A stretch of 63,186 bases of DNA, the filler included, from Globobulimina sp. (lineage: Eukaryota), in NCBI GenBank assembly GCA_003354225.1. It is 10 parts of 10 records of this genome, joined end to end, with 100 filler letters (N's around TTAATTAATTAA, not from the genome) between each part and the next. Parts side by side here need not be neighbours in the genome. Positions count along the whole stretch, not along the records: positions 44,346 to 50,565 come from PIVH01000338.1; positions 50,666 to 56,880 come from PIVH01000339.1; positions 56,981 to 63,186 come from PIVH01000340.1; 7 more parts are not named here. One strand, written 5' to 3'. A model generated the notes under the pieces. It was given only the letters and a program-made list of their open reading frames with translations. It was not told where the DNA came from and ran no database searches. Below are positions 47,537 to 59,404 of this stretch, piece after piece. How positions within the stretch are numbered: position 1 is the stretch's first letter; every line of letters begins with the position of its first letter. A program made the position numbers and the translations under genes.

Positions 47537-49585
47537 ATGGCCACAGCACAGAAAAGAATTGAAACAATAAACAAAAAAATACAAAATGTTGAGAATTACA
47601 AAGCTAAAGAACAGCAGTTCAGGCAAAAATGGATCAAAAACACTGGTGAGTTGGGTGAAGAGTTAAATGAATTTCGAGATTGGAATAAAGAAAATAAACC
47701 AGCATTGGTATCCGGTACAAATTGGAAATCATTTCCGGCATATATTAGAGCCGGACATTTCGAATATACAACAAAAGAAGGTGTAACCAAGGCATACTGT
47801 GAACGGCATATTTATCGCATTATGGCTTTTGGTAAACAATGGTCGAAAATTGTTGCAAAATGCGATGAAAGCAAGATGGAAATACCCGACACTCAAAAAA
47901 AATGTCTCGCAGTTGTTGGTGAGAGGCAAGGAGAGGTGTATGTGTATCCTAAAAAAAACAGGAAAAAAGTACCGCCCAAACCAAAACCAAAAGCAAAACG
48001 CACAGCAAAAGCAAAACGCACTGCAAAAGCCAAAGGAAAAGCAAAACAAACACAAAATGCAAAACCAAAAGCAATGCCAAATCCAAAAAAAAGAAAGAGA
48101 GACAGTATCATTCAAGAAAATGTTGCAGAAAATGTAGAACCCATTGTGGGCACTGCTGATCCAATATTATACAAAGAAATGATTGAGACAAACAAAGAAA
48201 TGGCGAGTTTTAGTATAAAACACGAAATTGCAACAGGTGGTTATTGCGGAGCATGTGAAGCACGATTAAACGGCTCAAATATGGTTGGTGCGCGAATTAA
48301 AGGTGATCCTGAGACTGCTGCTCATTTATCGTGTATGCATTTCAAAAAGGATTATAATAATGGACCACAGTACACTATTCCAACTCGAGTGTCAGAAATT
48401 GCAGTATCTGTACACGATTCAAACCTTACACCCGCTGAAATTTGTCGCTATCGGGTGCTTTCAACAGCGTTTGACAGGGCGACAAAGAGCCGATTTTTTC
48501 TTTTTGAGAAACCAGAAAGGAAAACAGTGTCTATCCAAAATGGAAACAAAACAATCTGCGACAGAGTTATAGACTTTGTTCCATATTTGATTAAATATAC
48601 AGAATTAGAAAAAATTGACAAAGATATTTATTGTAACTGGATTGCTGCTGTTCATTGCGAGAAAAGCCTGGAAAGTAAACATACATTTAAAAGTGAAACA
48701 AGCGAATCCTTTAAGGTGCAAGAATTACCAACAGCAACACCTAAAACAGATTATATTAACACCGATACTAAAATTGAAACATTGTTATTAAATAATGGAG
48801 GAAGGACAGGTGCTTTTGTTGTACGCGGTAGATTTAAAGAAAAAGGAATGAAAACAATGGAAGATCAAAGAAGTCCGTGCGTTTTTGATGTGGTTATGGA
48901 ACAACCAGCCAACAGTAATGGTGCAGAGCAAGAGCTCATAATCTCAGAGTCTTGTTATGAGTCAATTGGGCAGATATTTGGCGGTGTTGAAGTAAATGAA
49001 GCAAATATTTGGAAAATTATTTCGCCCAAAAATATGGGAAAAAATATATGGAGAATAAAAATGTATCAAGCATTCAATTTGGTTTATGATGCCAAAACAG
49101 CGGCAATAACAGGATTACCATTGGGAGTATATCCATGTCCCATTCCTGTATTTGATCCAGAAGCAAATGAAGAATGTACAGAAAATGAAATATTAAATGG
49201 AGTTTATGGTGTCGATTTGAGCACAGCCATTTCTTTAGCAGGTTGTGTACCATTATTACCAGATTGGGATTTAAATAACATGACAGAACAAAATCAAGTG
49301 ATGCTACAATGGCTCGGTTATGACGTTGGTGCATTTATCGAAAAACATCATGATTTAAAAGGTAAATTTGCCAAATCAATGGCAATAATTCCATTTCAAG
49401 ACTCTGTTTTTCATTGGAATGAAGATCCATCAGGCAAACCATATGGTGGTCACGAAGTTCGTTTAAAAAGAGGAGATGTTTTGATTATTTTAGAAAATTC
49501 TTTCTGTGAAAGATTTTTTAAACATTCGATATTGAAACAATTGGATCGTCGAATGTCGTGTGTAGTAAGACAAAAAAAATTGTAA
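47537..49585 (+). CDS. Hypothetical 682-aa protein with Lys/Ala-rich basic segment and a CxxC..HxxC motif
   Basis: Long intronless ORF; KPKAKRTAKAKRTAKAK repeats; CGAC..HLSC resembles a PARP-type Zn finger. Confidence 0.7.
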   Translation: MATAQKRIETINKKIQNVENYKAKEQQFRQKWIKNTGELGEELNEFRDWNKENKPALVSGTNWKSFPAYIRAGHFEYTTKEGVTKAYCERHIYRIMAFGKQWSKIVAKCDESKMEIPDTQKKCLAVVGERQGEVYVYPKKNRKKVPPKPKPKAKRTAKAKRTAKAKGKAKQTQNAKPKAMPNPKKRKRDSIIQENVAENVEPIVGTADPILYKEMIETNKEMASFSIKHEIATGGYCGACEARLNGSNMVGARIKGDPETAAHLSCMHFKKDYNNGPQYTIPTRVSEIAVSVHDSNLTPAEICRYRVLSTAFDRATKSRFFLFEKPERKTVSIQNGNKTICDRVIDFVPYLIKYTELEKIDKDIYCNWIAAVHCEKSLESKHTFKSETSESFKVQELPTATPKTDYINTDTKIETLLLNNGGRTGAFVVRGRFKEKGMKTMEDQRSPCVFDVVMEQPANSNGAEQELIISESCYESIGQIFGGVEVNEANIWKIISPKNMGKNIWRIKMYQAFNLVYDAKTAAITGLPLGVYPCPIPVFDPEANEECTENEILNGVYGVDLSTAISLAGCVPLLPDWDLNNMTEQNQVMLQWLGYDVGAFIEKHHDLKGKFAKSMAIIPFQDSVFHWNEDPSGKPYGGHEVRLKRGDVLIILENSFCERFFKHSILKQLDRRMSCVVRQKKL

Positions 49586-50665
49586 ATATTTAGTACTATT
49601 TAATATTTTAAAGCAGATTAGTTTCATTTTTTTGGAGATATTGAGGGAGTACCAGTACTAATATATGTTAATTGTGATATAAATATTTTGTCTGACATCG
49701 CCTGATCCATTGATAAAAGCATCCCAATGTTCATTAAATTTATTTCAATTTACAAAGCGAATTATTCGGGTTTTGATATGAATATATTTTGGGGCACGGC
49801 GAGCTGTGCCATTGATACGCATAATATTGACAAGAATGCGTCCGCGGCCGATATAATATGGTAGCACCCCAATACTGCGTAACAATGACAGTTCGTCTGG
49901 ATCCGGAACCGCCTGTAATATTTTCCTAGGGAATGAGAGCAAATCAGGCAGCTATTATTCATTGACTAATGATGAGATCTCCACCATTTACAGCAATAAC
50001 ACGGCCACACTCTATTTAGGCGATAGGTTAGCGTATTCCAGCGACGTTTCGTCCATGTTTATCTATGGTTTGCATTTGCAAGCATCCGTTTGGTCCAATC
50101 TATAAATTTTATCATTATGCACAAATAAGAGTTAAATTATTTTCAATGACACTGAAAACATATTTAATTCAATGAATGTTAATTTCTATTCAAATGGAAA
50201 TATTTTATTATTCCCAGCAGCATCGGTACATTTAAATGGTACACCTGCAAATTCTTTATTAGTGTAAACAAATTATAATTGTAATAATATAAATAATCTG
50301 GTGGCTCAAATGTAAGATATTATGGAAATGCCTCATATATTAATGCCTCGCAATCAATAATCACAGTGTCCGAAAGATGCTCAACAAGTTATTCAATGTT
50401 GGTGTGCGGCCCAAATGACAGAACAGCGGCAAATAATACATATGCAATGACATGATTAAACAGTGAGTTGTCTTCATTATATTCATCATCGGTTACATTT
50501 GATTCTTATTCTGGTTCAAATTATGTTGCTGGCTTTGAGCAATCAATTGATATGAATGGCACTGCNNNNNNNNNNNNNNNNNNNNNNNNNNNNNNNNNNN
50601 NNNNNNNNNTTAATTAATTAANNNNNNNNNNNNNNNNNNNNNNNNNNNNNNNNNNNNNNNNNNNN

Positions 50666-53600
50666 CTTAGATGTAGAAATATTCTCTTTTTGACCGGGTC
50701 TCTATTTATATTTGTATCCATCAATTCTTCTTGATACGGGAATAGCAGTTTGAATAAAAGCTCTTCATTCGTTACTTGTTGATACATCTCATCAATTGCA
50801 ATAATCTCCGCTTTCAATACCAATCTCTGATCGGTATACTTATCACATATACAAATAAAGTGATAGATATCTTCAACTATTTCCACCTGCTTCTCCATTT
50901 TGCAGTGATCACAGTTTCTCGTTTTTGATCCATACTTTCTCTGTCCATTCAACGCAGTGTGTCCAGAACGAAGTTGTGCCACAAATTTCCATTGTTTCCT
51001 CCGTAATGCTTTCATTTCAAACTTATAAGCATCAATGTATCGAATATTCCAATCAATCAGATTCTTACTTAGTATTTGCTCCTCATTTTTTACTTTCTTC
51101 TTTCTTAAATCTTTGTGCTTCTCCCAATCATTCAATGTGCTATAAAATCCTTTACGTTTATTTTCTTTTTTTATAGCAGTATAGCTATAATTATCCCATT
51201 CGTGATTTGTAAATCGTTTCTCAATTTCATTCCATTCCATAGTCCGATAAATATCGAACATGCCTGCTTTCGCCATATCGTCCGCTATCTCATTACCTAT
51301 CTCGTTATTATGTGCCTTAACCCAAATTAGATGAACATCCATCCCGTAATCTTCCAAATCCATTATCAATCGGTGAATAACTTTGATCTTCTCATAAATT
51401 ATTACATTTTTTATCTCATAACACCCCGCAATCCAATTTACCACCGTCTCATTATCAATAATGACACAAACATCGTCCGGTACTAAGTCCGGATCTCTCT
51501 CATAAATATCAAAACAATATCGATATAATGCCCCCAATCCTTTTTCAGCTGCATCCAATTCACAGTGATCAATTGAGCTCCTTAGACCCGTTGAAGAAGC
51601 GCCATAGTAATAATTACTAAGTCCGTTATCATACGGACCTTTTAATTGTTTGTAATTCCTAATTCGTAGAGCTTCTAAATCAGCTGTTTTCAAATAATAA
51701 TCCAAATTACACGACCAATAACCCGCACCGCCATATCCATCCTTATTTGATCCATCAGAGAATAATAATTGTATCTTCTTTTTATTTGCTTGTTTTAAAT
51801 CTAATGGGTTGCTGTCATAATAAAATAAATTATCCGACCACTCTTTCACCCATTCTTTATCAAACGACATTTTTTCGTCTTTTTCATTCCTCAAATAACA
51901 CAATAAATTCTTTGGTGATATTAATCTCTTCAAATGATACGATAATCGCTTTGGCACCACCTCATAACTGACATTTTTCATAAACTTAACATCCGAATTC
52001 TTAATATTTGCCGCAGCATCAAATAATTCAAAAAATAGATGATATCTTTTCTCAAATTTCTTCCTAAATCTATTCTTTTTCATCGTTTTCTTATTTTTAT
52101 ACTCCTCGCCTTCTTCCTCATTATTAACAAACTCCCAATCATCGCTCAAATCGTTCCTGTACATTTTATTGCTAATTTCTATTTTATTCGCATCGAATGT
52201 ATCTATTTTGTGATCCAATTTCTTTGTTTGTTTCTGCTTAAACTGATCATTCAAATCTAACCTCTCATCATTCCACATTTTCCAATATTTCTTCTCAATA
52301 ATTTCGCTTAAAATGTTTGTTTTTGGCGACCTAATAATTCTCGACCAGAATGACGATTTTCTGGACGCGACTAAATAATCAAAGCCTGTCTCACCAATTT
52401 GAACCAATTGCCAATTGACAGGGTTCGTCTTTTCAGAATAATTTGAATGCCGAATTGTGTCATTGAACAGCGATCTCAGTTTCGCTGCTAATCCATGTTT
52501 GGAATCATACCAAATTTCCGCAGCATATAATAATTTTGGATAAATTAATGCTTTATAGATATTTACTAACTGTCTCGCGATGAGATCCGATGCATATTTA
52601 TATCTCTTAAATATATTCAAAAACGATCGTCTTCCATTTACAATGACTGACTGAAACTGAGCGTTCCAGTTTAAATTCCAATCAATCCATACTCCCAAAT
52701 ATCTGACTTTGTTGAATATCTTCGTAATGGGTTGATCGCCCATTTTTAGCTCAAAGTATAGCTGTTTGTGGATCGCATTATTGACTATAACTGCAATCAC
52801 CATATAATTCTGTTTTATTGGTTGCAGAAATAGCCGTTTTTTCTTCGCCAAATACGATACGTAATCTACTGCAAATTGAAGATTCTTTCTTAGCTCATCG
52901 CCACTGACTGACCCGTCCGATGCCATCGTATTGTCGTCAGCGTAGGCAATGATTAGTATACCTATTTTTAGTCCATTTATCGCATCAAATTCTATAGTAA
53001 TAAATATGAATATAATGGGTGAGGGCGGCCAGCCTTGCGGCACTCCACAAATATCTTGCCTCCATTTACAATAAAATCCATATATTTTAACTCGGCCCCA
53101 TCTATATTCCAATGCCACATATAAGTAATCCAACGCAAATCCATTAATACCAATATTAATCCGCATACACTCGATAATAATTTTATGCTGCAATGTATCA
53201 AACGCAGCTTTAAAATCTATAAACAAAACATGCGTATTCTTATTATTTATTCTATTGTTCCAAATAATCTCCGTAAGATAGGCAATGGTGTCGGTGCAGC
53301 CTAACCCTTTGACGAAACCAAAGTGTCTGGGTTTAATTATTCTCATTTTAATGGCGTATTTTAGGTACTTAGTCGCCATCCATTTGTCATACGGATTACT
53401 GCAGCTCGATAATAATGATACCGGTCTGTAGCTATCCATATACTTTGCCGGTTTATTTGACTTCAAAATCACTGTTATATCCCTAATATTCATTGATTTT
53501 TCTCTGATACCTAATATAAATAACGCATTATAACAGAGATACAATCCCTGTCTCAGAATTTCAATGCCATTTTGTAGCAATACGTAATTTGATCTGTCAC

Positions 53601-55599
53601 TGTTGCTCGCTTTCCCTTTTTTGAACGACATGATGAGCGGCTCAACGTCTCCAATATCTAAAATTGAATTTAATTCCTTCAGCTCGGCGATATGTGCATC
53701 AGTCCCAAAATTAGCTTTATTCTTCGCGTTATAATCATTTATAATTCTTTCAAACGCTTCATTTGTATCATTCTCATCGCTCTCATTCTCTATTTCATCG
53801 TCGTCGTATCTATGCAGATAAGACATATAATTCTTTGCTTTGTTAATTGATTTGACTGCGTTCGTTGTCCCATCCTTATTATACCAAACTGGAATGGATC
53901 TGGACGTATTATTATCATATTTTATGATATTATTGATTTGCGACCATGGCATCCTGCCATTGTTGCTGATATTTCTTATTTCATCCTTAATCCATGACTT
54001 TCGCCCCGAATCACATAAATCATCGCTAATTTTCTTTTTTTCAATCAATACCTCTTTCATTATCTTTTTTTTTCGTTTACTAAATGATCTAAATCGCTCT
54101 TTGTAGCATATATAGTCTTTGATGGCGTACTTCATTTCTTTCGTCATCCACGGCTTATCATTCCCGATCGTATTTTTCCTTAATCCTAAAATGTCAATCG
54201 ATGTGTCGACGATTCTGTGTTTAAAAAAGTCCGACACTGCATCTAAAATATCATTTGTTGACAGTCCAACAAAATCTAATAAATAATCTCTGTTAATGTC
54301 GCAATTTCCATTTCCATATGTTTCAAGATAACAATTTATTAATTTATTTATATCCTTTCCATAAATATCATGCCATTCTTCAACATTTTCAGATAACTGC
54401 TTCTTCCATTGATCCCAATCTCTGTCTGATCCAGTTCTAATCGTAAATTCTGGCGCCGGTTTTTCGTACAAATCTCCCTTTTTATAAAAGGAAAACAACG
54501 CTAAATGATCAGAATAATATTTTTCCGGGTCATCTCTCGTGAAATCTTCCGCCCAGAATTCCCAATCGTCCTCTTTTAGTTTATCATTTATAAAGGATAC
54601 ATCCGGCGAAGTCCGCTGCGTCTTTCGTTGCCTCGTTGCATGTTTATCGTTCAATATAATCCATTTATTCTCATAAATCCAATCCGCTAAAACTAAACCA
54701 TGCTTCTTTGCCTTTGAAGGCCTGATATAACCATCAAACCAGGCATTATTATGGGCGTTCATGTCACCCCCAACAAATATGGGAAATGTAGCGTAATTCT
54801 TTGTTTTTGAGAGCAATTCTAAATAATTTATTAATAATTCAATATTAGAGCCCGGTGCTCCATTCTGAGGCCGATAATAATTGTTTATAATAAACGCTTG
54901 TCCCATATCGTTGTTATATACTTTTAATGTCAAAATATAAATTTTCGACATCAACAATTTCTTCTTTCTATCCCTCCCATCTTCCGTACTGATATCCAGA
55001 TTTTCAATCCGTTTATCAATCTGCGCATTGTGCTTAAAATTCAAATTTATTCGTTCGTAATGAATACCATTCCGAATTAAAGTGACTATTTTTCCAAATC
55101 CTTTCTTTTTCGTTATAACTGTGGTATAATTCTTTATTTTTACTGTCCATTCACTCTCATCGTCATCGTAGAATTTATATGGTTCCTGCAATAGAAAAAT
55201 ATCTGGCTTCTTAGTCAAAATTATATAATGAATATGCGAGCGCGCATTGACCGTAAATCCGTCAACATTCCATTGACAAATCAGGAGACCTTCCTTGCGC
55301 ATTAATAATGATTCATTTTTTAGTTCGTATTCACATTCAATTTCATCAAAAATAGGATCAAATTCATTCATCGATAGATTCAAATCAACGGTATTATGAT
55401 TGATACCATTTAAACCTTGATTATTCGACTTAAAATCTTGTTTTTCTTCAAATTTCGTACAATCGAAAGCTGCGATATTACCCAAACAAGGATATTTATC
55501 GTAGCTACACTTCTCATCTAAAACAATACCATCATCGCAAGAGAAGTCATTGCGATGACTACTTAAATGACTGTGTGTTTGCTTGGGGCCATCCATCAT
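50666..55599 (-). CDS. ORF2: APE endonuclease, reverse transcriptase, RNase H, Cys/His motif
   Basis: QWNVDG, LQEP, GDMNAH, SDH; YRPVSLL, DFKAAFD, GVPQG, YADD, YLGV; SDGS, E, DN, WVKAH, GNEIADDMAK; LRSGH..C..C..H...C. Confidence 0.95.
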
Positions 55600-56880
55600 A
55601 AGTTATAGTTGTTGGTGGATGGTGGCCCGTTATTATTATTTTTATCTGGTTTATATTGCTCAATTCCTGTCAGTTTTAGGTCGCCATTCTTCAGCCGACC
55701 AACACAGCCATTTCCAACGAGTTTGTTTACTATTTTTTCATTCCAATTGCAATACGTCAACATACGACGGGCCTCATCGTAGGTGATTTTTGCACTCGTT
55801 TGCGTTTGTATATTATTTATAAATGCGCTAATTTGCATTTCTTGTTGATTTTGTTTAAACACATCTGCATTAAATGTGCTTTTACTATGATCATCATCGG
55901 ATTTCTCATCGTTGTTTAACAGTGCTGTACTTGCACTAATTTCGTTATTTGCATCCGATTGCTGTGTAAAACTCATTGTTGCTGTAATATTTTGATCCGT
56001 TTCTCGATTTGATTGGCTATTAAACATATTCGTATCCAAATCATTTTGCTCATTTTGAGATGTTTCAAGATTTAATTCGCCCAATAAATCGTCAATAATG
56101 CTTTGTTTATACTCATTTAACGAACCATTCCAGTCCGCTACGATTGCATTCCAGTCCATAAGTAATAGTTCGCCATTTTCATTCATTTTAAACCTATTCT
56201 TCAATTCTGTTAATATCTCATCACAAAAATCTTGCGATTTGATATCCCAAATCAATAATTTCTTACTGCCAACCTCCAGCTTCTGCTCATTAAAATTTTT
56301 TAATTTCATCTCATTTGTCCATGACTCGCGTTTTTTTCTCGGTGAATTTGGCGCAAACAATGTCCAATACACTCGCTGCCCTGCACTTGATGGGATATTT
56401 TGTTCCAACCAATTTAAGTCAATGCGGCCGGACGACGTTAATAAAAGTGACTGACTGATTTTCTTTGAAATGTCACCAAATCTCTCGCACGTAATTTTGT
56501 AGCCGTTGTAATTATTTGTCACTGCCTGTAATATCTCTCGCGCCGTAACATCGTCTTCGTAGGTTCTAGAATCATAGAATTTAGCTGAAATAAATGCATT
56601 ATTGCATACAAATTTTGATAATTTGGGGGCATCATATCTTCGTCGACTAATATTTATATTGAAATCTGCTCCGAGTGTTTTCCCAAAGGCATAGTCCCTT
56701 TGGACCCTATATCTCTTCAACTGATTAAAGATTTGCCTCACTAAAACAACAAATTCCTCCACACAATAAATAGATGAGTCTGCGATGGCATATCTGTCAT
56801 TATCCCACGAAAATGTTAATTCCGCAAATTTATCTCCGCAATTCCTCCTTCTTCCTTGACCCCTACACCATGCTTTTAAC
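55596..56880 (-). CDS. ORF1 of the non-LTR element (5' truncated)
   Basis: Long ORF whose TGA overlaps the ORF2 ATG (ATGA). Confidence 0.7.
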
Positions 56881-56983
56881 NNNNNNNNNNNNNNNNNNNN
56901 NNNNNNNNNNNNNNNNNNNNNNNNTTAATTAATTAANNNNNNNNNNNNNNNNNNNNNNNNNNNNNNNNNNNNNNNNNNNNTTT

Positions 56984-59143
56984 ATGGTTTATGGTGTAAA
57001 TTGCAGTGAAGCTACACCTACAATTTCCAATAAAAGTGACTGTTCTTTGGCAGAATGGATGGAATACACAGTAACAGATGCAACACCATCTGAATATTTT
57101 GAAATCTCATTCTGGCTCTCAACCAAATGTAATAATAGTTGCATTGGTTGCAATTCAACTTCATTGTTTTGTGCAGACGACGGAGATTTTACGACTTATA
57201 ATGGATGTAATTATACAATTTGTAATGAACCGGGCTCCTTTACTTCAATACCAGGTACAAGTACATATTTTATTATATTAGAATATATCATTTTTGTTAA
57301 CGTTTATAAACATATCAAAAAGGTTCATGTCCGCTTCCATTAATTTCAAATCTGACGCAATGCGGCACTGTCAGTGGCAATATATCTGTCTACGAATGGC
57401 ACTCTTATGAGTATTTTGTAAATTCGACAATGTATTCATCTCTAAAATTTTCAACTTGTGGCAGTCAAATTGGTGACACTAAATTAAGACTCCGTGATGA
57501 ATTCGGAGACATTATATGGAGATCAAATTGTGATAATTTCGGATGGGTCGATAGTGACAAATGTGAATTTAATGAAGAATTCATTTTATATCCGACTGAG
57601 ATGTATCATGCTACGTTTATAAGTGTCGAAATCCGGACTTATGGACATGATGAAGGCAGTTATCATTTAACAGCTATTTGTTCAAACACTGAACCACCAA
57701 CAACCACATCTTTTCATCAACCGACAATTGCAACGTTAGAATGTGGTGAGTCCATAACCGGGATTTTAAGGAACGATACAGGCCAACTTGATACTCATTG
57801 GTATTCAGTTGAAGTAGACTCGTGAAGGTACAACGAAGCATTTCTTTCAACCTGCGGCAGTGATATGGCCACCCGGTTATCAGCATATGATGCAACGGGA
57901 GCTCCCATATGGGTGACATTTGCGAATTGTGACTATCCTCCAGGTGAGGTTATTGCCCTGGAGGGCTTTGATCACTTTTATGTAGAGCTTATTGCTGACA
58001 GACCAGGCAATTATACACTAAATATCCGCACAAATTCATTGTGGCGAAAATGTATTTGGGAGCACATTAGATTCCTATGGCATTAATTATGAATTTATCA
58101 ATCCAATGGATCAAACAGTGTACTTTGACATTTGTAGCGCTTCAGATGAATTTGAATTTATTTTTTATGATTCCAGTGGAACTCCGAATAATGCATTTTT
58201 TTCGTCAGAGTGGTGGGTCAGCAATATGACCGATTGCGCGCATTGGACGTATACGGCTGATATCTCTGACATACTTCCTGCAGGAAATTATACAGTGCGG
58301 ATAGAAAGGATAGCTGCGTTTTTATTGGCTGTTGTGTGTAACCAACAATATGCATTTCCGAATCCCCGCAGCAGTGATTTGATTGGTAATACATGTAATT
58401 ATATTCAACAATATCCTGATAACGAAATATGGCCAACTGACGAATGCTTTCCTTTCCAGACTGGTGGTCATAATTTTACCTATGCTTATTCCATGCAATA
58501 TGTTTGTAATGGAAATGGAAGTATTACACAGTTGTGGTATTTTGATACAGCAAACTGCGACCAACCAACAAATGTAAACTATACAAATTTATTAGAGCAG
58601 TCGGACATATTTTCATATAATTGTGCCTCTACTGAATCATGTTCGTCGCTACATATCAAGCAATTTGATGGTGGAATGATGAATGGTTCCTACGAAGGTG
58701 GAGCCTTCTTACTCGACGAATGTTATATTATTCAAACAAACGGTGGCTTTGTAAGTGTCAAAGGAAGTTGCTATGATCAGACAGTTGTTGAAACATTTTA
58801 TGTAGGCTTTGGTTGTGCTGCAGGAAACAATTATAGTTACAAAACATATGAAACTGCTGGTTTTGTGAGTGATGAGTGGGGTGATGCTTATTATTGGATT
58901 TTTGATCAGTGTCCAGCTACGACGATTGCACCCGAAACAACAGGTATACACACAACTGATTTTGCAAAAAGTACAAATCCCACCACAACTGCAACAGATT
59001 TATCGACAACCGTTTCTACAGAAACTATTATTATGGAGAGCACTGTGGAGAGTGATCCTGATCCAACAGCAATTAATGGCTCATCTGCAAAATGTCGCTA
59101 TATTTTTGCTGTGTGTGTTTTATTTGCATTTTTGCATTATTAA
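56984..59143 (+). pseudogene. Cys-rich repeat surface protein (GPI-like tail) with in-frame TGA 57823-57825 and a frameshift near 58030
   Basis: Repeated CG....G / STCGS units run across the ORF fragments; Thr-rich stalk and hydrophobic C-terminus. Confidence 0.6.
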
Positions 59144-59404
59144 AATTCTAAATTATTTTATTAATTTTTTTGTTTGTTATATAGTTTTGTGATTCTTTTA
59201 ATTATTCTCTTTTGTGTGTTGTGTATTTTTTTTTTGTTTGTATTTTTTTTTGATCATAGTCTTAATTTTTTCAATCTCGGCAATTGAGTTGCCTTCGAAA
59301 TACATACATCGGTAATATCTGTCTGCGTCATCTGTGTCATCTGTAATTCGGCAAAGATGTTTTGCTCAAATATTTGAGGATTGTTTTGTAGGTCAAGTTT
59401 GTGA

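Larger units (their letters stand above)
50666..56880 (-). mobile_element. Non-LTR retrotransposon with RNase H (I-group-like), both ends truncated
   Basis: ORF1 plus ORF2 (APE-RT-RNH-CCHC). Confidence 0.93.

Noticed and set aside
49745-50565. Possible minus-strand gene remnant
   Set aside because: Only short interrupted frames with no recognisable motif.
57823-57825. Alternative genetic code (TGA sense) suggested by in-frame TGAs at 27625 and 57823
   Set aside because: TGA ends other genes (14321, 32640), TGG is used for Trp, and the 57823 gene also has a frameshift, so pseudogenisation or error is simpler.
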